The notes below the pieces were generated by a model. The model was not told where the DNA came from, searched no databases, and was given only the letters and a program-made list of their open reading frames with translations. DNA of 64,000 nucleotides, taken from IMG/VR virus record IMGVR_UViG_3300021963_000022. The stretch is one strand, 5' to 3'. Positions 27,177 to 34,738 of this stretch are shown one piece after another (the stretch's first letter is position 1; each line of letters starts with the position of its first letter). This DNA comes from a virus (Duplodnaviria; Caudoviricetes). A program made the position numbers and the translations under genes.

Positions 27177-27968
27177 TTATAGTATAAATTGTCTTTGTTG
27201 TCTACTGTTTTTGGGCAAACTGTTATCTATATCTATATCAAAAATCCAACAGTCCATGACTTCATTTCGCATGTATTCAAAGGGCATGTAGCAGTATCCG
27301 TTAAGTCCCCAGTATTTTCCAAAACTATTTCTAACTAAAAATAATTTTTTGTTCAGGTCATAACCGACAAACGTCATAGCATGTGCTCCTAATAGAGCTT
27401 CATTTTTTTCTGGCATTTTTATAGTATTACCAGAATCATATAGGTCATCAAATGAGTTGTATACATGCATACTAAAAACTACAGGGTATTCTTTATTTAG
27501 TGCGTCTAATGTATCTTCTAGGGTAGAGATACGATAGTAATTTTTAATGGTTCTATTTTTAGCATCTTCATAGCATCTAACACTAGGAGGAACTGAAAAA
27601 TCTTCTATTAAGTATGGCCACAAATCTTCTTTGCATACACCATATTGTTGTACAGCTTTGATGGCATCACGCACGTATGCACCTACATCTTCACTAACAA
27701 CATCTTCAATCATTCGTGCATTGTAATACACAAACAATCTACTTAGGTCGACAAACTTACTAGGGTCTTGTTTGTTCATCATTAACTCATATGCACCCAC
27801 AACTGCTTGACCAGTACAACTTCCCAAATGACCTTGACTTTCAATAGGACTAGCCCATTTACGTAAGTCAACTACATCACGTAATGGTTCCCTTTTAAAG
27901 GTGTAAGGCAAGTCACGCCAATCGCTTGGGTCTTGCCTTACACGGTACTTAGATTTAAGTACTAGCAT
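27177..27968 (-). CDS. papain-family (C1A) cysteine protease
   Basis: QGHLGSCTG, GAHAM and RNSFGKYWGLNGY catalytic motifs. Confidence 0.92.
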   Translation of the reverse strand: MLVLKSKYRVRQDPSDWRDLPYTFKREPLRDVVDLRKWASPIESQGHLGSCTGQAVVGAYELMMNKQDPSKFVDLSRLFVYYNARMIEDVVSEDVGAYVRDAIKAVQQYGVCKEDLWPYLIEDFSVPPSVRCYEDAKNRTIKNYYRISTLEDTLDALNKEYPVVFSMHVYNSFDDLYDSGNTIKMPEKNEALLGAHAMTFVGYDLNKKLFLVRNSFGKYWGLNGYCYMPFEYMRNEVMDCWIFDIDIDNSLPKNSRQQRQFIL

Positions 27969-27974
27969 GTTTAA

Positions 27975-28319
27975 TTAAATTATACGCCATTGTCCTGCAC
28001 GGAAGACCACTGTTAAACTTGCGTTAGCAGTCAACTGCTTGAAAGGGCTACCATCAATAGTTTCAGCACCAGTACCTTGCACGTTTACTTTACCAGTACC
28101 GTTGCCACGTTCTTCTTTAATGATATACTGTCTGCCTGTTATACCTATGGGCAATGTAACAGTTACTAAACTAGTGCTATTTACTCCGATATATTCGTCT
28201 GTGGCTGTAGCAGTATAATTACTATACATCATGCAAGAATTACAGCAGCCTGTATCCTCACAAAACTCAGCATCATATCTTAATACTAACTCTCTACTTT
28301 TACTTATTGACTGATTCAC
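27975..28319 (-). CDS. hypothetical protein (tail/adhesin-like beta domain)
   Basis: DEYIGVNST..VTLP..GRQYIIKEE..ETIDG pattern. Confidence 0.6.
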   Translation of the reverse strand: MNQSISKSRELVLRYDAEFCEDTGCCNSCMMYSNYTATATDEYIGVNSTSLVTVTLPIGITGRQYIIKEERGNGTGKVNVQGTGAETIDGSPFKQLTANASLTVVFRAGQWRII

Positions 28320-28460
28320 AATATTTTCCCATTAATTAGTAGTACTAGTACTACCGTATATACTTACAAAATTGATAATTAAATTATCGCACAATTGTCT
28401 TTTTACATAAAGATATTAGGTTAAGAACTTACAACATATATTACCACAGTGGATATGGAA

Positions 28461-28490
28461 AAAGGTTAGAGTTTTTACACTCTAACCTTT
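28461..28490 (-). terminator. probable intrinsic terminator after rpoZ
   Basis: 11-bp stem AAAGGTTAGAG/CTCTAACCTTT followed by U residues on the minus strand. Confidence 0.65.
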
Positions 28491-28505
28491 ATTAAAACTT
28501 ATAAG

Positions 28506-28739
28506 TTATTTGTTTGGACGTAGATTTTCTCTAACTCTTTTTAAGTATTCACGACCAACTAATCCTGCTTCAATTTCTTGTAATGCAGTTACAGTTGGAC
28601 CTGCTTTAGTGTTAAGTGTAGAACGATGTCCACGTTTCAATTCTCTTACCCTTTGTGAGGCAATGAGAACTAAATCGAATCGATTGCCGATCATACTGGC
28701 GGCTTCTTCACTTGAATATCTTGCTCTAGATTCTGACAT
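28506..28739 (-). CDS. rpoZ: RNA polymerase omega subunit
   Basis: IGNRFDLVLIASQRVREL..ALQEIEAG signature. Confidence 0.9.
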   Translation of the reverse strand: MSESRARYSSEEAASMIGNRFDLVLIASQRVRELKRGHRSTLNTKAGPTVTALQEIEAGLVGREYLKRVRENLRPNK

Positions 28740-28741
28740 AT

Positions 28742-29278
28742 TTACCTTTTAATTCCATAAAAATACAAATCACAATGAGGTGAACCCACTTCAAATGTGT
28801 GCGAACTAAACATCTTATCAATGTCTAGGTTATCCCTGAAATCTTTTTCAGTTAGATTCTTGTAGTAGTCCCAACCTTTGTCTATAGTCAATGGACTATC
28901 GCTAGGTGATGTACGTGTAGTACCATGCTCGGGTCTACCTGTTGTAGCACATGTCATAAATATCAATCCACCTGGCTTTGTCATACGATGCATGTTTACA
29001 AATGTTTCTACCCAATAAGGATTGTGTTCAAAACATTCACAGCTACCCACTGTATCATATGTATTATCAGGATGATCTAAGGTTTGACCTTCACATACTA
29101 AATCAACATCTCTACCCTGTCCAACGTCAATACCTAAGTATTGGCAATGACTAAAAAACATTCGTATTGAGCCATTGATATTGAGACTACCTACTTCAAG
29201 TACATTGACATTAAAAAAATGTGTAGGGTACAGAAGTTTTAGTTTTTGTATATAGTTAAATTGTTGTTGATGTGCCAT
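28742..29278 (-). CDS. class I SAM-dependent methyltransferase
   Basis: VLEVGS motif I, LGID, CECFEH. Confidence 0.85.
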   Translation of the reverse strand: MAHQQQFNYIQKLKLLYPTHFFNVNVLEVGSLNINGSIRMFFSHCQYLGIDVGQGRDVDLVCEGQTLDHPDNTYDTVGSCECFEHNPYWVETFVNMHRMTKPGGLIFMTCATTGRPEHGTTRTSPSDSPLTIDKGWDYYKNLTEKDFRDNLDIDKMFSSHTFEVGSPHCDLYFYGIKR

Positions 29279-29288
29279 TAAAATTCCT

Positions 29289-29364
29289 TGGAGCGGGCGA
29301 AGAGGCTCGAACTCTCGACATTTACCTTGGCAAGGTAATGCTCTACCAACTGAGCTACGCCCGC
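29289..29364 (-). tRNA. tRNA-Gly(GCC)
   Basis: Cloverleaf, loop TT-GCC-AA, encoded CCA. Confidence 0.95.
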
Positions 29365-29365
29365 A

Positions 29366-29515
29366 TTAACTTGGAATAACATGTGGTATATATGGTACAT
29401 TACGTGGTCCATGTCGTTGTTCAAAAAGCTTTTTAGCTTCTTGTACGGTCGGTGCATACACACGATCTTTAGTATCACCTTGTGGTGTTCTAACTGTTGT
29501 TTCATACATTGGCAT
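29366..29515 (-). CDS. small hypothetical protein (49 aa)
   Basis: MPMYETTVRTPQGDTKDRVYAPTVQEAKKLFEQRHGPRNVPYIPHVIPS with AGGA RBS. Confidence 0.65.
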   Translation of the reverse strand: MPMYETTVRTPQGDTKDRVYAPTVQEAKKLFEQRHGPRNVPYIPHVIPS

Positions 29516-29529
29516 ATATTATTCCTATT

Positions 29530-29604
29530 TGGTACATCGACACGGTTTCGAACCGCGGACCCTCTCCGTGTAAAGGAGACGCTCTACCCCTGAGCTATCG
29601 ATGC
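29530..29604 (-). tRNA. tRNA-Val(TAC)
   Basis: Cloverleaf, loop TT-TAC-AC, CCA. Confidence 0.95.
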
Positions 29605-29614
29605 CTTATTCTAT

Positions 29615-29794
29615 TTAACCACCCTGTGTGCTATCTTTAACTTTTGTTTCACTAACAATACGTTCAAATTCATCATCTTCGTTTTTGTGATCCTCAACAA
29701 TTCTTGGATCAGGCTTACGAAAGATTAAGTCAAAGTTACTATCAAATGTCTTTAATGGGACACTAAATGGTCTTGGACTAGAACCCTTACTCAT
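29615..29794 (-). CDS. small hypothetical protein (59 aa)
   Basis: MSKGSSPRPFSVPLKTFDSNFDLIF.. Confidence 0.6.
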   Translation of the reverse strand: MSKGSSPRPFSVPLKTFDSNFDLIFRKPDPRIVEDHKNEDDEFERIVSETKVKDSTQGG

Positions 29795-29955
29795 TTGTTA
29801 TTAGTCTTTCCAGAACCACGTGAATTACTTTGTTCAATCACAGCAAAACTGCGAATGAATGCACCACGTTCATGTGCGTCACGAATTTTTGCCGCGGCAC
29901 GTTTAACTGTCTTTGAAACTTTCACTGCTTTCGCATCATATCCTCTGCATGTCAT
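29791..29955 (-). CDS. small basic hypothetical protein (54 aa)
   Basis: AAGGA RBS; MTCRGYDAKAVKVSKTVKRAAA.. Confidence 0.6.
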   Translation of the reverse strand: MTCRGYDAKAVKVSKTVKRAAAKIRDAHERGAFIRSFAVIEQSNSRGSGKTNNK

Positions 29956-29977
29956 AATATTTCCTTTTTAATTAAAT

Positions 29978-30055
29978 TGGTCGGAATGGTGGGATTCGAA
30001 CTCACGACCCTCTGCTCCCAAAGCAGATGCGCTAACCAGACTGCGCTACACTCCG
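29978..30055 (-). tRNA. tRNA-Pro(TGG)
   Basis: Cloverleaf, loop TT-TGG-GA, CCA. Confidence 0.95.
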
Positions 30056-30062
30056 AATATTC

Positions 30063-30383
30063 TTACCAGTAGTACCAGTGTGGCTTACGGCTCACACTAG
30101 GGTAATCAATGATATCCAAATCATTGATATCTACATTCAATACAATTTTCTCCCACTGACGACCTTTTGCTCGTTGTGGTTGATTCATCATTTCACGAAC
30201 CCACCACATGGGAGTGCTCATCCAGTGATACTCTGTATCAACTTTTTTTTTCTTTTTTGTTAAAACCCCGGGGTATTGTAAATAGTCAATATACTTACGA
30301 TTACCAATGAGGTAATATTTGTAATCCCAATCTTCTTCAGGGAATCTGAGTTTACTGGGACGATCTTTGTACGTTCTAGACAT
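30063..30383 (-). CDS. hypothetical protein
   Basis: AGGAG RBS, 106 aa. Confidence 0.75.
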   Translation of the reverse strand: MSRTYKDRPSKLRFPEEDWDYKYYLIGNRKYIDYLQYPGVLTKKKKKVDTEYHWMSTPMWWVREMMNQPQRAKGRQWEKIVLNVDINDLDIIDYPSVSRKPHWYYW

Positions 30384-30432
30384 AAAGTTCTCCTTATCTA
30401 AAATCGCATATTGACCTCGCTTTCTTAATGGT

Positions 30433-30507
30433 TGGTTGCGGGGGACGGATTCGCACCGCCGATCTTCAGCTTATGAGACTGATGAGTTACTACTTCTCCA
30501 CCCCACG
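30433..30507 (-). tRNA. tRNA-fMet-like (CAT)
   Basis: C1:A72 mismatch, loop CT-CAT-AA, CCA. Confidence 0.85.
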
Positions 30508-30530
30508 GTATATATTGTTATGATGTGAAT

Positions 30531-30722
30531 TTATGCTACAATAGGACGAAACTCAACCTTGAGTCCGTCTTCAACGTTGAAGTCTGATAGCAAACCGTTT
30601 GCTTTGGCAATATTTATTTCTTGCCAATAGTCTTTGGGTTGATAGCTATCACCCGTAACAGTTATTGTTTTATAAATTTTATCATTTATTAAAATTTTTA
30701 CTCGCATAATACTATTTATCAT
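30531..30722 (-). CDS. small hypothetical protein
   Basis: 63 aa ORF between tRNAs; ATAAATA upstream of internal Met. Confidence 0.55.
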   Translation of the reverse strand: MINSIMRVKILINDKIYKTITVTGDSYQPKDYWQEINIAKANGLLSDFNVEDGLKVEFRPIVA

Positions 30723-30725
30723 ATC

Positions 30726-30801
30726 TGGTGGAGGATACAGGGATCGAACCTGCGACCTATTGCTTGCAAAGCAACCGCTCTCCCAACTGAGCTAATCCCC
30801 C
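30726..30801 (-). tRNA. tRNA-Ala(TGC)
   Basis: Cloverleaf, loop TT-TGC-AA, CCA. Confidence 0.95.
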
Positions 30802-30806
30802 TAATT

Positions 30807-30891
30807 TGGTACGAGTGGCCGGAATCGAACCGGCACACCTTTCGGCGAGAGATTTTAAGTCTCTTGTGTCTACCTATTTCACCACACTCGC
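30807..30891 (-). tRNA. tRNA-Leu(TAA)
   Basis: Long variable arm, loop CT-TAA-AA, CCA. Confidence 0.95.
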
Positions 30892-31062
30892 ATTATCTCA
30901 CAAATGCCTGAAAGTAATATGTAGTTGGGTTTAATGCATACCAACTACGAACCACACTGACACCACCTTGCGGTTGCCAGCCTTCAGACAATAATTCTGC
31001 TACTAGTTTATGAAATTCATCATAACTAGCATTTATAACCTTATACTCTGTTATCATAACTT

Positions 31063-31147
31063 TGGTGCTCCAGGTCGGACTCGAACCGACACGCCTTTCG
31101 GCACTGGCTTCTAAGACCAGCGTGGCTACCAATTACACCACCAGAGC
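31063..31147 (-). tRNA. tRNA-Leu(TAG)
   Basis: Long variable arm, loop CT-TAG-AA, CCA. Confidence 0.95.
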
Positions 31148-31279
31148 AATTAAACTTTTTAAAGAACATACATAGTATATAACAATAATCATATACTGTC
31201 AAACATTTTGGGTTAGAAGAACTCAGACGTATAATAATCATTTACCGGTTAGTTATCACAGAGGTCCAAGCCTTGTTAT

Positions 31280-31355
31280 TGGAGCGGGAGGCGAGAGTCG
31301 AACTCGTCTATTTCTGCTTGGAAGGCAGACGTGTAACCAAAAACACTTCACCCGC
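31280..31355 (-). tRNA. tRNA-Gly(TCC)
   Basis: Loop CT-TCC-AA, CCA; 5' end overlaps the stop of the GIY-YIG gene. Confidence 0.9.
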
Positions 31356-31890
31356 GTTGATCCTTTTCTTGCCATTTTTTCTTAATAGCATCTGATATCT
31401 TTCTTTTATGTTCTTCTGACTTTGGTGGTCTTGATTTATATTTTGTACCTAATTTAGATTCTGAAATATTCATACGAACTTCATCGGTCATTTTAGGTGC
31501 TGTACCATTCTTACGTCTTGCAATCAAGACTTCTGACAACCTATCTCTGGTTTCTTGACTATGGTGTTTACCTAACATCTTAGGCATACCCGACTTGTTT
31601 ATATAATCGAAGCCACCAAAACCACCTCTACGAATATTGTAAACATCTTCCCTTAATAGGAATTCATCATTTACAAGTTCTTTTTCCCTAGCAAACATTT
31701 CTTCTGCTGTATCAAAATATTCTAAAATATCTTTTTTAAAATTTTCAATTCCATATTTGTCTTTTGCATAATTTAAGATTTTACCGGATCCCATGTAACC
31801 ATCATTTAAATTCTTAGTTTTATGAGTGCCTATATAAATTTTGTTGTCTAACAAATTAGTAATTTGGTATATGTAATAATAGTATTTCAT
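31348..31890 (-). mobile_element. free-standing GIY-YIG homing endonuclease with NUMOD3-like motif
   Basis: YIYQITNLLDNKIYIG; NUMOD3-like GKHHSQETRDRLS; ATAAATA upstream. Confidence 0.9.
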
Positions 31891-31913
31891 ACATTTATTT
31901 ATCAATAATGTGT

Positions 31914-31944
31914 AATCTGCTGTTTTACCACTATACGAACCCCG
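31914..31944 (-). pseudogene. 5' fragment of a tRNA-Gly-like gene
   Basis: GCGGGTTCGTATAGTGGTAAAACAGCAG; acceptor 5' strand plus D-arm-like sequence only. Confidence 0.55.
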
Positions 31945-32125
31945 CTCATAAATACTTTATGCATACATATGACGCTATCACAGCTACGGGATTATTGATA
32001 CACTTATCAATGACCGACGATGCTGTGTGTTACATCCTTGTACACAATTTACAATCCAATACAACTGTAATAAAATTTTTTACCAATATTGAACCGGCAT
32101 TAGATTTTATTCATTCATTGTAATT

Positions 32126-32202
32126 TGGTGCGCCCACCTGGATTTGAACCAGGGACCAACGGCTTATGAGGCCGCTGCTACTAACCACTGAGCTATAAGC
32201 GC
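32126..32202 (-). tRNA. tRNA with CAT anticodon, Ile2-like body
   Basis: Loop CT-CAT-AA; D- and T-arm sequence resembles E. coli tRNA-Ile2; isotype not certain. Confidence 0.85.
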
Positions 32203-32245
32203 ATGTTCTTATTATATATCAATTAAGATATGTTGTCAATTTATT

Positions 32246-32338
32246 TGGTACCCCCGCCGAGAGTCGAACTCGGATGAACCAATTATCTGTTGCTTACGGG
32301 ATATAAATCCGCCGTTTTAACCATTAAACTACAGGGGC
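32246..32338 (-). tRNA. tRNA-Ile(TAT)-like with long variable region (93 nt)
   Basis: Acceptor GCCCCTG/CGGGGGT, loop TT-TAT-AT, ~22-nt variable region, canonical T arm, CCA. Confidence 0.75.
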
Positions 32339-32343
32339 AATTA

Positions 32344-32826
32344 TTACTTCATAGATTGTACAAATTCAGTAGAACCTATCGTATACCATGCACCATCTAC
32401 TTGCCATCTTACGTTTGGTATCTTTCCTTGCAGGTATTGCATTATAATATAAGACAATAGTTTTGAATCCATCTTTTGACCCATTTCTATAAGATTGAGA
32501 AAATAGTGTCCATGCTGTTCACTAACATTCATCAATACTTTAGATTGACTAGGTTTCATCCATTCAGGAAATATTTCTGGATGCATTAACCATGCACATT
32601 TATAAGATACGCAAGGATTTTCAGGTCTATCATTGTATATTGTACAGCCATTACTACCTTTGTAATGGCAAGGCATTCCGTTAAAAAAATGGTGACCGTA
32701 TGCTTCACCGCTTAACCAACCTTCACAACATGCGGTACAACCATCACATTTTCTATCTATAACAGGTTTAGTTTTCTCTAAAGTGTTAGCATCAACTATG
32801 GGAATTGTTTTCTTTTTTTTAGACAT
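32344..32826 (-). CDS. YkgJ-like Cys-cluster (Zn/Fe-S) protein
   Basis: CDGCTACC and CTIYNDRPENPC..C motifs. Confidence 0.75.
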   Translation of the reverse strand: MSKKKKTIPIVDANTLEKTKPVIDRKCDGCTACCEGWLSGEAYGHHFFNGMPCHYKGSNGCTIYNDRPENPCVSYKCAWLMHPEIFPEWMKPSQSKVLMNVSEQHGHYFLNLIEMGQKMDSKLLSYIIMQYLQGKIPNVRWQVDGAWYTIGSTEFVQSMK

Positions 32827-32862
32827 GCATTATTTATATAGTGCAAGCATGCCTGATAATTT

Positions 32863-32936
32863 TGGCATCCCCCCAAGGACTCGAACCTTGACTAACGGTT
32901 TTGGAGACCGGTATGCTGCCATTACATTAGGGAGAT
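32863..32936 (-). tRNA. tRNA-Trp(CCA)
   Basis: Loop CT-CCA-AA, G73, CCA. Confidence 0.9.
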
Positions 32937-32940
32937 AAGT

Positions 32941-33129
32941 TTATGATTTTGTATCTATGTTTTGACCTTTACTATGAGTAGGTTCTATTTCACCTACTAT
33001 ATTGTACAGATATTGTACAACTTCAATAATTTGTTTATTAGTTACAGGATCATTTATATCTTTATATACAGTAAGTCTCTGTTGGTTATTAACCATGTCC
33101 CAAGCTGTAGATATACTTTGTACTATCAT
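32941..33129 (-). CDS. small hypothetical protein
   Basis: 62 aa ORF between tRNAs. Confidence 0.5.
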   Translation of the reverse strand: MIVQSISTAWDMVNNQQRLTVYKDINDPVTNKQIIEVVQYLYNIVGEIEPTHSKGQNIDTKS

Positions 33130-33147
33130 ACAACTATTTATATAATT

Positions 33148-33225
33148 TGGAGCATCGGGTCAGATTTGAACTGACGATTTTACGGATTTGCAATCCGTTG
33201 CATTTGACCACTCTGCCACCGATGC
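33148..33225 (-). tRNA. tRNA-Cys(GCA)
   Basis: Loop TT-GCA-AA, U73, CCA. Confidence 0.93.
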
Positions 33226-33230
33226 ATATT

Positions 33231-33428
33231 GCTCTGCATCCCCCGGCGGTAATTATAGAGTATCAAGATATGACGCTATCATACCCATCACACACTCCTT
33301 CCACCCGCTTCCCGACAGGGACCGTTCTCGCACTGCCAGCGGCCTTTCGGTTTAAAGACTACCACCCGTAGTTGTCACACTACTTCTCATCGTGTGGGTC
33401 ACACTATCCGGAGACACCCGGAACGTTC
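33231..33428 (-). ncRNA. candidate structured RNA between tRNA-Ser(GCT) and tRNA-Cys
   Basis: GC-rich; at least six helices visible, including a long-range one. Confidence 0.65.
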
Positions 33429-33516
33429 TGGTGGAGAGTGTGGGATTCGAACCCACGCACCCATTTCTGGATGACAGATTAGCAATCTGCTGGTTTAACC
33501 ACTCACCCAACTCTCC
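33429..33516 (-). tRNA. tRNA-Ser(GCT)
   Basis: Long variable arm, loop TT-GCT-AA, CCA. Confidence 0.95.
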
Positions 33517-33523
33517 TAATACT

Positions 33524-33600
33524 TGGCGCACCGTAGGGGACTCGAACCCCTGACCCCCGCCGTGACAGGGCGGTGCGCTAACCAACTGCGCTAACGGTGC
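33524..33600 (-). tRNA. tRNA-Asp(GTC)
   Basis: Loop CT-GTC-AC, G73, CCA. Confidence 0.95.
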
Positions 33601-33673
33601 ATAAGTAGAATAGGACACCCCTTTGGCCTAGGTCGATTAAGAGTACGCCTGCCCAGCGACTCTCCTATATTCT

Positions 33674-33758
33674 TGGTGGAGATTACTGGGATCGAACCAG
33701 TCGTGCCATAAGGCGGCGGATTTACAGTCCACTGCATCACCATTGATGCTTCATCTCC
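33674..33758 (-). tRNA. tRNA-Tyr(GTA)
   Basis: Long variable arm, loop CT-GTA-AA, CCA. Confidence 0.95.
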
Positions 33759-33889
33759 AAGATGAGTTACGGTTGCAAGACCTAGTGTCTCATTACTGAG
33801 AGAAGTGTCAGGGCGATGTAACTCAAAAATTAGTATAACATAGATGTGTATAATATTAGGGTTGTTGTATACATCTATGTTATGTATTA

Positions 33890-34078
33890 GTATAAGCTAC
33901 TGGTTTCCATGCCAGCCCTTAATTGAGCGGTTACTCTGTCCATCTCTTTTATTCTAACGTCTGTGTGCAGAGAGATACTGCCTATCAGATTCAGAGTAAT
34001 TAACTCGCTAACGGTCTTCTGCCACCGGATCTCTATCATTAATCAAACGCTATTTTAACGAAAATAGTAACGGGATTC
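33890..34078 (-). ncRNA. candidate structured RNA downstream of tRNA-Glu
   Basis: Multiple helices (TTACTCTG/CAGAGTAA, CTATTTT/AAAATAG, ATCTCT/AGAGAT); no ORF in track. Confidence 0.55.
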
Positions 34079-34080
34079 TT

Positions 34081-34155
34081 TGGAAGAGCATAGGAGAATC
34101 GAACTCCTCTTCTTAGGATGAAAACCTAATGTCCTAACCGATAGACGAATGCTCC
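34081..34155 (-). tRNA. tRNA-Glu(TTC)
   Basis: Loop TT-TTC-AT, CCA. Confidence 0.93.
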
Positions 34156-34157
34156 AT

Positions 34158-34283
34158 GTTATTAGTTTTGCTGACGCACTATTTGCTATGCTCAACGGAA
34201 TTGCCAGCTGGACGTACCGTTTATATACATAGTTACTTAGAGTTGACGTTTACTCAATGGCTTACATCAGCAAAACTAATAAC
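34158..34283 (-). ncRNA. candidate RNA closed by a perfect 17-bp stem
   Basis: GTTATTAGTTTTGCTGA (34158-34174) / TCAGCAAAACTAATAAC (34267-34283). Confidence 0.55.
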
Positions 34284-34294
34284 ACACTATATGA

Positions 34295-34535
34295 AAACAC
34301 ACTATGGGAACTATTAAACAAATAATCAGTACCGTCTACTGATGCAATGTCATTCGTCATTACTGCCTAACTGCCCGTCACGTTAAACAATATTGCTATT
34401 GTCGGTACGCTTCTTGTACTCTATGCGAAGCCAGTCCGTCAACTGGTTATGCTTCCATAGAGTACCTAACGGATCAGGTAACCCTTAATATGTTTACATA
34501 TAGTCCCTGTAACTTAAACAGGGCTATATGAAAAA
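34295..34535 (-). ncRNA. candidate multi-hairpin RNA at the start of a promoter-driven unit
   Basis: 10-bp GTACTCTATG/CATAGAGTAC helix, ACAATA-GCAA-TATTGT GNRA hairpin, 5' 13-bp hairpin. Confidence 0.55.
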
Positions 34536-34738
34536 TTAAATTTTAAAGAACTTTGTTGATTAGTGCGATGACTTTTTCAACTCATGCTATGATTGTATCA
34601 TAACTACCATTTATTGTCAAATTCTTTTTTGTGTCTCTGTTTCCAAGAACTTGTTCAATCAATCTATACATAGAGTATAGCAGATTGAGGATTTATTGTC
34701 AAATTTACGATTTTAGTACTTAATACTACATAAAATAC

